From contig OZ253545.1 in assembly GCA_965262615.1 (NCBI GenBank), forward strand, positions 756,776-820,775: DNA of 64,000 nt, in the 5' to 3' direction. The notes under the pieces were generated by a model. The model had not been told where the DNA came from and did not search any database. It saw nothing but the letters and a program-made list of their open reading frames with translations. Each line of letters opens with the position of its first letter. Position 1 is the first letter of the stretch. Positions 44,351-53,795 of the stretch are shown one piece after another. The stretch comes from Alphaproteobacteria bacterium. Its GTDB lineage: Bacteria; Pseudomonadota; Alphaproteobacteria; GM7ARS4; G965262615. The translations under genes were made by a program, and so were the position numbers.

Positions 44351-46969
44351 TCAGGCTGAACTGTCAAGCAATGAGGCAAGGGTGGATTCGTTGGCATCAC
44401 AAGCCTCAAGGCGAGTTTTGTGCTGTGCAATCACATCTTCCGAGGCGCGCGTGATGAAGGCTTCATTGGCGAGTTTTTTTTGCAGTTGGGCGCGTTCTTT
44501 TTGCACCTCCGTCAGGTTCTTTTGCAATGTTGTCATGACGGCATTGCTTCGCAGTGCGTGAGGCAAAACCAGTGTGGCGTGATTGTGCTGCGTGCGAATG
44601 GTCACACGCCAATCGTCATCCTTGCCGTTTTCACGCAAGGGATTCAGGCGCGCCAGACGGCACAACGCCTCCTCATACCGATGACACAATTCGTGCCAAT
44701 GGGAGGATGGCTCTATTGTCAGATGCCACAAATCATTGGGTTTGACATTCATCAAAGAGCGCATGGTGCGAATACGACCAATGAGATGGATGAACTCATT
44801 CACCCCAATGTCAATCTTCTCATGAGGTGGCAGTGTGACGGGTTCTGGAAATGATTGCGTCACCAGCAACCCCTCATCGTCACTGGCATGATGCCACAAT
44901 TCCGCACTGACAAATGGCATAAACGGATGCATCAGACGCAGCAAACAGTGCAAAACATATCCCGTCACATGGCGCGTCTCATGGCTGTGCTGAGCGCGTA
45001 GAAGCGGTTTTGCCAGTTCCACATACCAGTCGCAAAAATCATCACGGGTGAGATGGAGCAGATGATGGGTTGCCATGTCAAAGCGTCCGTTTTCAATGGC
45101 GTGGGTGATGGCGCGGGTGGCATCATTGAGACGGCTCACCATCCACAAATTGAGAGGCTCTTGAAGGGTTTCATTGCGCCACGGCTCGGCGCGACATTCA
45201 TTCATCAGGCAAAAACGGGTGACATTCCACAGCTTGGTGGCAAAGTGACGATAGCCCTTCAGGCGCGCCTCATCCATGCGAATGTCTCGCCCCGGTGTGG
45301 TGAGTGCGGCAAGCGTAAAGCGAAGCGAGTCTGCTCCGTAGTCATCCACCAGCTGCAACGGGTCAATCACATTGCCTTTGGATTTGGACATTTTTTGCCC
45401 TTTGGCATCGCGCACCAGCGCATGAACATAGACTTTGCGAAAAGGAATCGTGTCGGTCAATTCCAGTGACATCATCATCATGCGGGCGACCCAAAAAAAG
45501 ATAATATCAAATCCCGTCACCAAGACGGAGGTGGGATAGTACTGTTTCATGTCATCGCTGTCATTGGGCCATCCCAAAGTGGAGAAGGGCCACAGGGAGG
45601 AAGAAAACCATGTGTCCAGCACATCGGAATCTTGGGTGAGGGTGACAGGCGCGCTGTGGTGTTGTTGTGCTTTTTGCCTCGCTTCTTCCTCGCTCATGGC
45701 AACAAAAATGTGTCCTTGTTCATCGTACCATGCGGGGATGCGGTGTCCCCACCAGATTTGGCGCGAGATGCACCACGGCTGAATGTCGGCGAGCCATTGT
45801 TGATAGGTCTTGTTCCACTTGTCGGGAATGAAGATGGTGTCGCCTTTTTGCATGGCTTCGCTGGCGCGCTGTGCCATTTTTTTGGTGTCCACGAACCATT
45901 GGGAAGTGAGGTGCGGCTCAATGATCGCTCCAGAGCGATCGCCATGAGGCGTGGGGATGAGGCTCTCTTCTTCTTTGAGCAGTAGATTTTGTTGTGCCAA
46001 CTCTTTGAGGATGAGGGCGCGCGCCGCAAAGCGATCCATGCCGCGCCATCGCTCGGGGACTTCATCATTGTAGCGGGCGTGTCCATCAAAGACCGACGGC
46101 ATGGGCAAGTTATGACGCTCCCCGACGGCAAAGTCATTGAAGTCATGAGCGGGCGTGATTTTCACCGCGCCTGAGCCTTTTGTCGGGTCGGCATGGGAAT
46201 CGGCAATGATGGGGAGAGTGCGATCAAAAAGCGGCAGACGGCACTCCTTGCCGATGAGAGGTCGGTAGCGTTCATCATCGGGATGCACCGCAACGGCACT
46301 GTCACCCGCCATGGTCTCAGGACGGGTGGTGGCAATGACAATAGAGCCGCCGCCAATCAACGGGTAGCTGATATGCCACAAATGACCCTTCACATCGCGC
46401 GTCTCCACCTCCAAATCGGAAATGGCGGTCGCCAGCACAGGGTCCCAATTGACAAGACGCAAGCCTCTATAAATGAGACCTTTGTGATAGAGCCGAACAA
46501 ATGCTGTGCGAACGGCGTGAGAGAGTCCGTCATCCAGCGTGAAGCGGGCGCGCTCCCACGCAGCGGATGCACCCAGTCGTTGCAATTGATTGACGATATG
46601 ATGCCCCGACTCTTCTTTCCACTGCCAGACGCGCTTCAAAAATGCCTCTCTGCCCATGCTGTGGCGGTCTTTGTTCTCGGTCTCCAATTGACGCTCCACC
46701 AGAGCTTGTGTGGCAATGCCGGCGTGGTCGGTGCCGGGCTGCCAGAGGGTTTTGCAGCCTCCCATGCGATGATAACGCACCAAAATATCTTGCAAGGTGG
46801 TGTTGAGGGCATGACCCATGTGCAGCCTGCCGGTCACATTGGGCGGCGGCATCATGATACAAAACGCTTCGCCATCGCCCGTGGCGGCAAAGGCGTTGTG
46901 ACTCATCTCTTGGGAAAAATGATCGTGTTCAAAGCGGGAGGGATCAAAATTCTTTGGAAGCGTTGTCAT
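44351..46969 (-). CDS. valS: valine--tRNA ligase
   Basis: [15 protein letters not shown] (HIGH motif), KMSKSKGN, a C-terminal coiled coil, and a length of 872 aa. Confidence 0.96.
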   Translation of the reverse strand: MTTLPKNFDPSRFEHDHFSQEMSHNAFAATGDGEAFCIMMPPPNVTGRLHMGHALNTTLQDILVRYHRMGGCKTLWQPGTDHAGIATQALVERQLETENKDRHSMGREAFLKRVWQWKEESGHHIVNQLQRLGASAAWERARFTLDDGLSHAVRTAFVRLYHKGLIYRGLRLVNWDPVLATAISDLEVETRDVKGHLWHISYPLIGGGSIVIATTRPETMAGDSAVAVHPDDERYRPLIGKECRLPLFDRTLPIIADSHADPTKGSGAVKITPAHDFNDFAVGERHNLPMPSVFDGHARYNDEVPERWRGMDRFAARALILKELAQQNLLLKEEESLIPTPHGDRSGAIIEPHLTSQWFVDTKKMAQRASEAMQKGDTIFIPDKWNKTYQQWLADIQPWCISRQIWWGHRIPAWYDEQGHIFVAMSEEEARQKAQQHHSAPVTLTQDSDVLDTWFSSSLWPFSTLGWPNDSDDMKQYYPTSVLVTGFDIIFFWVARMMMMSLELTDTIPFRKVYVHALVRDAKGQKMSKSKGNVIDPLQLVDDYGADSLRFTLAALTTPGRDIRMDEARLKGYRHFATKLWNVTRFCLMNECRAEPWRNETLQEPLNLWMVSRLNDATRAITHAIENGRFDMATHHLLHLTRDDFCDWYVELAKPLLRAQHSHETRHVTGYVLHCLLRLMHPFMPFVSAELWHHASDDEGLLVTQSFPEPVTLPPHEKIDIGVNEFIHLIGRIRTMRSLMNVKPNDLWHLTIEPSSHWHELCHRYEEALCRLARLNPLRENGKDDDWRVTIRTQHNHATLVLPHALRSNAVMTTLQKNLTEVQKERAQLQKKLANEAFITRASEDVIAQHKTRLEACDANESTLASLLDSSA

Positions 46970-47813
46970 GATTTGTTTTTTTCTTCAGTGCTTGATCAAC
47001 CGCTTGCTCCACTAATTGGGGCATGTGTGCCTCCAGCCATTCTTTGGCTTTGAGCTCAATGACATCATCTATTTTTTCTTCTTTGGTGAAGATATGACTG
47101 ATTTTGCCCTTCAATTGATTCATGACAGACGCCTTGACAGATGCCTCATGAGAAACGCCGCCGCTATCCGCCGTGCCAATGAGAGGCAGGCTGATAATGG
47201 TGCCGTTGTCATCAATCATGTCGGTGAGCTCAAGGCACGGAGTGGTCTCGGTGATGGTGTTTTGCGGCGCAGCAGGGAGCTCTTTAACACTTTCTTTGGT
47301 GACGGGCTTTTTGAAAACGGCGACATCTTCTTGTGGGGGAGGCTCTTCAGCTTTTTTCATGACCGGAGGCGAGAGGATTTTTTCTGTGGGAAATTCACTG
47401 GGCGTGTCGGCTTTCACCTCGCTGGAAGGTTCACTGGGCGGCGTATCGGTTTTCACTGTGCTGAAAAGTTGATTGGGCGGCGTGTCTGTTTTACCGCCGC
47501 GAAAAACCGCCGCTTGCGGTGAGGCAGAAAATTTTTTCCTGGTCAGAGAACGAGCAGGAGCTGATGGCGAAGGGGGCTCAGCAGGTTTTGCAGCAACAGG
47601 GGCAGCAGGCGGCGCGGGTGCGGCAGGAGGCGGCGGCGGTGAAACAGGAGGCGCAGTCTCCACAGGGGGTGCAGTCTCCACAGGGGGTGGTTGAGAGGCA
47701 GAGGGCGGCACAGAAGCGTCATCATTTTGATCAATGATGCGACTGACCGCACGCAAAATATCTTCGGTGGATTCAAAGCGATCAATTTTGGATGTTTGAT
47801 TGGAATCGTCCAT
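46944..47813 (-). CDS. PopZ-like / DUF2497 protein (acidic N-terminus, Pro-rich linker, conserved C-terminal helix region)
   Basis: The N-terminus EDILRAVSRIIDQNDD and C-terminus EWLEAHMPQLVEQAVDQAL parallel Caulobacter PopZ. It sits next to valS, as in other Alphaproteobacteria. An 18-bp perfect tandem duplication lies at 47653-47688 (PPVETA x2). Confidence 0.65.
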   Translation of the reverse strand: MDDSNQTSKIDRFESTEDILRAVSRIIDQNDDASVPPSASQPPPVETAPPVETAPPVSPPPPPAAPAPPAAPVAAKPAEPPSPSAPARSLTRKKFSASPQAAVFRGGKTDTPPNQLFSTVKTDTPPSEPSSEVKADTPSEFPTEKILSPPVMKKAEEPPPQEDVAVFKKPVTKESVKELPAAPQNTITETTPCLELTDMIDDNGTIISLPLIGTADSGGVSHEASVKASVMNQLKGKISHIFTKEEKIDDVIELKAKEWLEAHMPQLVEQAVDQALKKKTNHDNASKEF

Positions 47814-47851
47814 GCTCAGTGCTCTTGAAGGTGTTCTTTGGTGGTTTCAAT

Positions 47852-49135
47852 TTAGTCTTTTGCGCGTGGAATGGCAAGAGTTTGTGGTGTGAGCGCGCCG
47901 ACCGCTTGCAACAGGCGGTAATGATAGAGGGCACGGTCGCGTTTGCTACGCACCAAATCGCTTTGCGATTGAAACAGCTCTTGTTCGGCATTGAGAACAT
48001 CCAGCACATCTCTTTGTCCCAGTTCTTCTTCGCTTTGCACCCCATCCAGAGCGAGGCGATTGGCTTTGACCTGATTGCGCAATGCCCGCACACGAGCCGA
48101 TGAGGCTTGCCACTGATGCCATGCGGTGGTGGCTTCCTGTTTGATGCGCTCTTTGGCATTGTGATAGAGATACTCTTTGCTACGGCGCAGGCTGCGTTTT
48201 TCGTCAATGGTGGCGTAATCGCTGGCACTGAAAATGTTCATCCGCAGGCGAGCGGTGGCAGTGAGAGAGTCACTGCGGCTGCCCTTGTTGAACGAATCAA
48301 ACTGACGACCCACACTGCCTTCCAATTCAAATGACGGCAGCAACGCAGCAAATGATTCACTCACTTCTTCGCGAGCCGCCTGCCACTCATGACGATGCTT
48401 GCGAATGGTGGGATGAGATTGAGCGCGCGTCAACGCGTCTCCGAGCGATGAAGGGGCTTGTCCGATGAGGGGGGGCTCTTGATCGGCAGGGTTTGTGTCA
48501 TCAAGCTGCGTGACCTGAATAAAGCGAGCCCGTGTTGCGGCTAAAGTTGCTTGCGCAGCAGCCGTGGTGGCGCGTGCCGATGCCAGACGCGCCTCAGACT
48601 GAGAGACATCCGTCTGCGTGCTGTCGCCCAGCTCATATCGCTGTGTGACTTCATCTTTTTCCCGTGTGAGCAATTGTTCGTTGTGGCGCGCCAGTTTGAC
48701 CAGTTCTTGGTCTTGCACAAGATTGAGATAGGCGGTGATGGCTTCCAGCAGAATTTCTTGCATGACCTCAAGGGTTTGAGCGATTTGTGCTTCTTGATTT
48801 TCTTCGGCTTTGCGAATGCGAGCGATTTTCGCACCCCCTTCAAAAATAGGTTGGGTAACGCTGATGGATGCGGCGCGTGGGTTTCTGTTTTCATCGGCAC
48901 TGAAGAAAGCGGTTTTGCTCTCCACTTTGGATGTTCCCACACTGGCTTGAGCCGACACGGTGGGCAAGTATGCCAGATACTGCCGCCAGACTCGTGACGA
49001 TGCGGCATCACGCTCCTCCCGCATCGCCAGCAGGCGCGGATGATTAAAATAAGCGGACGCAAAACTTTCTTGAAAGCCAACCCCGTGACTATCAGAAATC
49101 CATGCCAGTGCGACAATAAAAGCGAGAATTTTCAT
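47852..49135 (-). CDS. tolC: TolC-family outer-membrane efflux protein
   Basis: Signal peptide and two internally repeated OEP halves, with a characteristic N-terminus (FQESFASAYFNHPRLLA). Confidence 0.85.
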   Translation of the reverse strand: MKILAFIVALAWISDSHGVGFQESFASAYFNHPRLLAMREERDAASSRVWRQYLAYLPTVSAQASVGTSKVESKTAFFSADENRNPRAASISVTQPIFEGGAKIARIRKAEENQEAQIAQTLEVMQEILLEAITAYLNLVQDQELVKLARHNEQLLTREKDEVTQRYELGDSTQTDVSQSEARLASARATTAAAQATLAATRARFIQVTQLDDTNPADQEPPLIGQAPSSLGDALTRAQSHPTIRKHRHEWQAAREEVSESFAALLPSFELEGSVGRQFDSFNKGSRSDSLTATARLRMNIFSASDYATIDEKRSLRRSKEYLYHNAKERIKQEATTAWHQWQASSARVRALRNQVKANRLALDGVQSEEELGQRDVLDVLNAEQELFQSQSDLVRSKRDRALYHYRLLQAVGALTPQTLAIPRAKD

Positions 49136-49794
49136 GAAACAAAAGCAAATGAGGACGATGTGTGCGCCATTGCCAAAGGAGGGGAATCCAGATTGCTCGC
49201 CACCATCACCGCACCGCCTCGGGCGCGGTGGCGCATCATGGAACAGCTGATGCCATCGTTCACCAGCACCATCAGCACCCCCCGTGATGTCAATTGTTGG
49301 GTGAGGTGGCGCATGGACACCCCCTCATCCACAAAGCCCGCCAACACAATGATGTCATAGGGCGCATGAGGAAGGCAGCCGCTCAGTAAATGACCTTGAT
49401 GAAAATGAATGTGCTCATCGCCGTGTGTTTGCTGCTTCAGATGCTCAATATCTGCATCCAGCAGCGTGACACTGAGATTTAATTGACGCGCAATGGCTGT
49501 GCCATATAAAGAAGGCTCACCAATAATCAGGATGTTGCGGGCATCGGGCACTGCCAGCAATGCCTCTTGCATCAGGCGGGCAAATGTCAAAACTTTGAGC
49601 AGGCAACGCTCCGCCGTGATGGGTATATTCCGATCGCTATAGGCGATGGCTTGTTGTTTCAGAGGCAGATAGCGTTCTCGCTGCACGCTGGCGATGGCTT
49701 CCAGCAGTCGGTCATGAAAAATCCCTTGCGGACGCAGCTGTCCGTCAATCATTGTGCGCCTTTGCCCGTCACGATTTTTGTCAAAGCGATCCAT
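49132..49794 (-). CDS. pcm: protein-L-isoaspartate O-methyltransferase family protein
   Basis: N-terminus MIDGQLRPQGIFHDRLLEAIASVQRERYLP and a SAM-binding-like ILIIGEPSLYG. Its position after tolC is typical. Confidence 0.7.
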   Translation of the reverse strand: MDRFDKNRDGQRRTMIDGQLRPQGIFHDRLLEAIASVQRERYLPLKQQAIAYSDRNIPITAERCLLKVLTFARLMQEALLAVPDARNILIIGEPSLYGTAIARQLNLSVTLLDADIEHLKQQTHGDEHIHFHQGHLLSGCLPHAPYDIIVLAGFVDEGVSMRHLTQQLTSRGVLMVLVNDGISCSMMRHRARGGAVMVASNLDSPPLAMAHTSSSFAFVS

Positions 49795-49848
49795 TCTTTT
49801 TTGTCAAATCACTATTGTATGCTATAAAGAGTCGTTGGATAACACAAG

Positions 49849-51102
49849 ATGAATAAAACAGAAAATCAAGAGACTCTGGTGCTGGCGCGCCGCTATCGTC
49901 CTGCTCGCTTCACCGATGTGATTGGACAGGATGTCTCCGCTCGCATTTTGATGAACAGCTGTGAGACGGGACGAGTGGCTCATGCCTTTTTATTGAGTGG
50001 CATCAGGGGCACAGGCAAGACAACGCTGGCGCGCATCATGGCACTCGCGCTCAATTGTCAGGAGACCGACCGACCCAATCCTCATCCGTGTGGCACATGT
50101 GATTCGTGTCGCGCCATTCTGGAAGGACGCGCCGTGGATGTGATTGAACTGGACGCCGCCAGTCATACCGGTGTGGATCACATGCGCGATCTGCTGGACA
50201 GGCTTTCCTATGGCGCGGTGGCGGCACGCACCAAGGTGTATATTTTGGATGAAGCTCACATGTTGAGCAAGGGGGCGGTCAATGCATTGTTGAAAACATT
50301 GGAAGAGCCACCGTCTGGCGTGGTTTTTATTCTTGCCACCACCGAATTGGATCGCATTCCTGCCACCATTCGCTCTCGCTGTCAGCATCATGTTTTGCGC
50401 CGTGTGTCTCATGGAACTTTGCAAAAGCATTTTTTGCACATTGCTAGCCAAGAAAATCTCACCTTGCATGAAGATGCCGCCGCCTTGCTGGCGATGCTGG
50501 CGGAGGGGTCGGTGCGCGATGGTCTCTCCTTACTGGATACGGCGATTGCCGCAAGTGACAAGGGAGTCATCACCGCCGCCATCGTCCGAGACATGGTGGG
50601 AATGGCACAGCAGACGCAAACGCAGCAATTGCTGGATCATATTCTTGCCGCCAACACTAGCGACGCCCTCACCCATGCGCGCGCCCTCTATCAAGAGGGC
50701 TCCGAGCCCGAACAATTGGCGCGTGAGCTGTTGCGATTGTGTCATGAATCATTGGTGCATCATGTGATGGAACAACAGACACCAGATGATGCCTTGCTGG
50801 TGCGTTACAGTCGTTTGTGGCAAATTCTTTTGCACAATTATGAGGACATCACGCACGCTCCTCATCCGATGGCAACACTGGAGATGGGCATTGTGCGGGC
50901 GACTCATGCACTCAATGTGGCAGGCATGGATGATATGGTGAGACATGTGGCACAGCAATTGCGACATGGTGCGCCGTCACCGCCGCCCCATGCCCCAAAA
51001 AAAGATACCACCGCACCTCAAGCCTTATCCACTGATGAGGCATCTCTCACTGAGGCGGCATTGACACTTTTTCCTGATGCCACCGTTGAGCCCTCGTCCT
51101 GA
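49849..51102 (+). CDS. dnaX: DNA polymerase III subunit gamma/tau (short, 417 aa)
   Basis: RYRPARF, GIRGTGKTT, the Zn module CGTCDSC, DEAHML, and SRCQ (sensor 1/2). Confidence 0.9.
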   Translation: MNKTENQETLVLARRYRPARFTDVIGQDVSARILMNSCETGRVAHAFLLSGIRGTGKTTLARIMALALNCQETDRPNPHPCGTCDSCRAILEGRAVDVIELDAASHTGVDHMRDLLDRLSYGAVAARTKVYILDEAHMLSKGAVNALLKTLEEPPSGVVFILATTELDRIPATIRSRCQHHVLRRVSHGTLQKHFLHIASQENLTLHEDAAALLAMLAEGSVRDGLSLLDTAIAASDKGVITAAIVRDMVGMAQQTQTQQLLDHILAANTSDALTHARALYQEGSEPEQLARELLRLCHESLVHHVMEQQTPDDALLVRYSRLWQILLHNYEDITHAPHPMATLEMGIVRATHALNVAGMDDMVRHVAQQLRHGAPSPPPHAPKKDTTAPQALSTDEASLTEAALTLFPDATVEPSS

Positions 51103-51719
51103 TGGCGCAGAGCTTGCTGCACCGACTCATTGATTCTCTTGCGCGCCTGCCTGGTTTGGGTCCTCGTTCGGCACGGCGCATTGCGTTTCATCTCTTGCGT
51201 CATAGGGATTCTCTCATGACACCTCTGGCGCACATCCTCACCCAAAGCGCACAGCAGATTATGGCGTGTCGCCACTGTGGCAACTGGGATGAGTGCGATC
51301 CGTGTCATTTGTGTGATGATGAAAGCCGTGACAGCCACTCATTGTGTGTGGTGGAGCAAGTATCAGACTTATGGGCTTTGGAGCGGGCGGCGATGTATCA
51401 GGGGCGTTATTTTGTTTTGGGAGGCACTTTATCGGTCTATCGCGAAATGAATCCCGAATTGTTGCGCCTGCCTCAATTGGTGCAATGGATTGAGCGTCAT
51501 GATGTGCAAGAGGTCATTCTTGCCACCAATGCCACTGTGGATGGACAAATGACCGCCGACTACATTGTGTCTATGCTCACCGAGCATTATGGGGAGCGTT
51601 TGCGGGTGTCTCACTTGGCGCGCGGGCTTCCTGTGGGAGGCGAACTGGACTATTTGGATGATGGCACTCTGGCGGCGGCTTTCACCGAGCGCATTCGCTC
51701 TGAGGTGGAGTCAAAATAA
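51102..51719 (+). CDS. recR: recombination protein RecR
   Basis: LPGLGPRSARRIAFHLL (HhH motif), the C4 zinc finger CRHCGNW...CHLC, and a Toprim region. Confidence 0.93.
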   Translation: MAQSLLHRLIDSLARLPGLGPRSARRIAFHLLRHRDSLMTPLAHILTQSAQQIMACRHCGNWDECDPCHLCDDESRDSHSLCVVEQVSDLWALERAAMYQGRYFVLGGTLSVYREMNPELLRLPQLVQWIERHDVQEVILATNATVDGQMTADYIVSMLTEHYGERLRVSHLARGLPVGGELDYLDDGTLAAAFTERIRSEVESK

Positions 51720-52636
51720 TGCGTTTTGCGTTGTGGTGTGTGGGTGTGCTGAGTTTGTCTGCGTTTGACGCGCTCGCCGATACGCCACTGTCTTTTGCAC
51801 TGGATGAGGGGGAGTCTGTGGAGATTGGGGCACAGGGAGATATTACTTGGTCAGAGGTGCATCACAGTTTGACGGCGCGCAAATCGGCTTTTGTGGCACA
51901 GGGGCAGCAGCGCGTGGATGCCGACACCATCTTTTTCTTTTTCGCCGATGACCCATCGCAAGATGGCATGGATTCTTTGCAATTGGTCTCAATGGATGCG
52001 GCAGGAGAAGTGCATATTCAAAACGCTCGTAGCCGCGCCACGGCACAGCGTGCCAATTATCATGCGACAACGCGCGTTCTCACTCTTTATGCCGATGAGG
52101 CAGAAGAGGTCTGGCTTTATTTTCCCGACAGAAAGTTTGAACTCACCGCCAAGCAGCAATTGGTTTATGATGACATCAAAGGGCGCGCCCATGCCACAGG
52201 AGGCACGCTTTTTACCCATCACCAATTCACGCTGCACAGTGATGAGCTCATTGCTTTCATGACGGATGCGCCCAATCGTGCCATGGCGGCGTTGCGTGCC
52301 AATCATGGCGTGATTTTGCGTCATCCCCAAGGGCAGTTGCAAGGCAAGCACGGCGTGTACGACCTTGCCGCCAATGTGGTCACCATGAGTGGCGATGTGC
52401 GTCTGACCAGTGACGGTAAGGAATTTGCGGGTGATTACGGAATTTTTAATTTGCGGACGGGAGTCAGTCGCTTGGTTTCATTTGCCGAAGCCGAGCATTT
52501 GCGCGCCCGCTACAAAGCCCCCATTGAGCGCACCGTTCGCACTGAGATGGGCAGTGACTCAAAACGCCCCACGGCTGTCATCACCATCAATCCCAACGGT
52601 GCACAAGAAAACGAACCATCCAGCGAGCAGCAATGA
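51719..52636 (+). CDS. lptA: LptA/OstA-family periplasmic LPS-transport protein (long form)
   Basis: Signal peptide, and repeated OstA-like beta-jellyroll patterns (A..A.Y......L.L.G.V.L). lptB lies downstream. Confidence 0.6.
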   Translation: MRFALWCVGVLSLSAFDALADTPLSFALDEGESVEIGAQGDITWSEVHHSLTARKSAFVAQGQQRVDADTIFFFFADDPSQDGMDSLQLVSMDAAGEVHIQNARSRATAQRANYHATTRVLTLYADEAEEVWLYFPDRKFELTAKQQLVYDDIKGRAHATGGTLFTHHQFTLHSDELIAFMTDAPNRAMAALRANHGVILRHPQGQLQGKHGVYDLAANVVTMSGDVRLTSDGKEFAGDYGIFNLRTGVSRLVSFAEAEHLRARYKAPIERTVRTEMGSDSKRPTAVITINPNGAQENEPSSEQQ

Positions 52637-52858
52637 TTAGCCTCTGCGAACGGGCTTGCCTTTAAGTGCCTGTTCATACTCCCATTTGGCGGCAGATGCT
52701 CGCGTGACCCTATGCCCCACTTGGAAAATATGACCTTTTTTGCCGTATGTTCGCTTATGCTCCTCTTCGCGTCGTTGAAGATCATTGGTGATGCCCGTAT
52801 GGATGATCCTGTTACCTTTTTTGAAATGGTACTTATAGATGCACTTATCCTGATACAT
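52637..52858 (-). CDS. mini GIY-YIG-like protein (73 aa), paralog A
   Basis: CIYKYHF..GNRIIHTGITNDLQRREEEH...KWEYEQ follows the GIY...YIG...R...H...E order. AAGGAG lies 7 nt before ATG 52858 (the tracked start 52876 is a TTG). The stop codon abuts the lptA stop. Confidence 0.55.
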   Translation of the reverse strand: MYQDKCIYKYHFKKGNRIIHTGITNDLQRREEEHKRTYGKKGHIFQVGHRVTRASAAKWEYEQALKGKPVRRG

Positions 52859-52893
52859 GACAAACTCCTTCAGCAAGATGGGGTGCTGATTCC

Positions 52894-52921
52894 AGTATAG
52901 TCTTTATTTGTGTTTTTTCAA
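52894..52921 (-). promoter_or_regulatory. near-consensus sigma70 promoter for paralog A (TTGAAA, 16-nt spacer, TATACT)
   Basis: On the minus strand, -35 is at 52916-52921 and -10 at 52894-52899. Confidence 0.5.
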
Positions 52922-52938
52922 TTGAGCAGGAATAATTA

Positions 52939-53151
52939 TTAGTGAATAGGCGTTCCTTGCCGTGCTTGTTCATGTTCCCATTTGACAGCATCGTATCGCG
53001 TCACTCTGTCCCCCACTCTCTCAACAGAACATTGGGAATTTTCCTGCTCATATTCTTTTTCAATGAGTTCAATATCTTTGGTGATGCCCGCATAGACAAT
53101 CTTGCCATCTACTTTCAAAAAGTAACGATAAATGCACCTGTCCTTATACAT
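52939..53151 (-). CDS. mini GIY-YIG-like protein (70 aa), paralog B (degenerate motifs)
   Basis: CIYRYFL..DGKIVYAGITKDIELIEKEY...KWEHEQ. The Arg and His positions of paralog A are replaced. GAGGGAG precedes ATG 53151. Confidence 0.5.
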   Translation of the reverse strand: MYKDRCIYRYFLKVDGKIVYAGITKDIELIEKEYEQENSQCSVERVGDRVTRYDAVKWEHEQARQGTPIH

Positions 53152-53186
53152 GACAAACTCCCTCAATAAAATGGACTGCTGATGCC

Positions 53187-53215
53187 AATATAGTCTTTAT
53201 TTGTGTTTTTTTCAA
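53187..53215 (-). promoter_or_regulatory. near-consensus sigma70 promoter for paralog B (TTGAAA, 17-nt spacer, TATATT)
   Basis: On the minus strand, -35 is at 53210-53215, abutting the stop codon of the 167-aa gene, and -10 is at 53187-53192. Confidence 0.5.
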
Positions 53216-53719
53216 TTATGAATTTGCATAATATGCCTGAATTTTTTTCAAAATGAGCAAAGTAATTTTAGCAAATTGATTGATATCAAAGGTGACTTCC
53301 CACTTCGCTTCTATTTTATTATTGGGATTTTCACCCGTCATGGTGACAGAAGACGCATAGTGGTAAGCATATGCGTGAATAACCTTATGACATAATGGCA
53401 AAAAATAAATTGTTTCTTTTTCTTTCTTACCTTCTTTGCTGGTCATCAGAATCGTGCCACATTTCTCGTCATCAAAAGTACTGAGAATTTTTTCTTTTTG
53501 CTTTCTTTTTTCCTCATTTTTGTCGGCAAGTGTTTGTTCGTTTAATTTACGCATAAAGACGGCGATGATGATGAGCGATTTGGTGGCTGTTTCATTCAAT
53601 GTGTCGTGATGGGAAGGTGTGTTCAATGACTGCATATTTTCTTTTGCCGCAAGAATGGCTTGCAAAAGATAAAGTTCCTTGTGCAATTCGGCAACATTGA
53701 AAAGGAATTGAGCATTCAT
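53216..53719 (-). CDS. hypothetical protein (167 aa), no recognisable domain
   Basis: An uninterrupted ORF in very A+T-rich DNA with a central Lys/Glu-rich segment (KNEEKRKQKEK). It is the first gene of the lptA|lptB islet. Confidence 0.45.
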   Translation of the reverse strand: MNAQFLFNVAELHKELYLLQAILAAKENMQSLNTPSHHDTLNETATKSLIIIAVFMRKLNEQTLADKNEEKRKQKEKILSTFDDEKCGTILMTSKEGKKEKETIYFLPLCHKVIHAYAYHYASSVTMTGENPNNKIEAKWEVTFDINQFAKITLLILKKIQAYYANS

Positions 53720-53795
53720 GTCACCATCATAGACAATGCAATGATGATTGTGAAGTTGGCATCACTGTGCTAGTGTGCGTTTCGTTGTGTGATTG

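Larger units (their letters stand above)
52637..53217. repeat. tandem duplication, two units offset by 293 bp (mini GIY-YIG-like gene plus its promoter)
   Basis: The start codon, RBS context, 5' coding region and promoter of the two small genes align at a constant 293-bp offset. For example, CATGACAAACTCC occurs at 52856 and 53149, and TATAGTCTTTATTTGTGTTTTTT at 52896 and 53189. Confidence 0.8.

Noticed and set aside
50997-51003. A7 tract near the end of dnaX as a programmed -1 frameshift site (as in E. coli dnaX)
   Set aside because: It lies about 100 nt from the natural stop. The alternative frames give no meaningful shorter or longer product, and no downstream stem-loop is seen.
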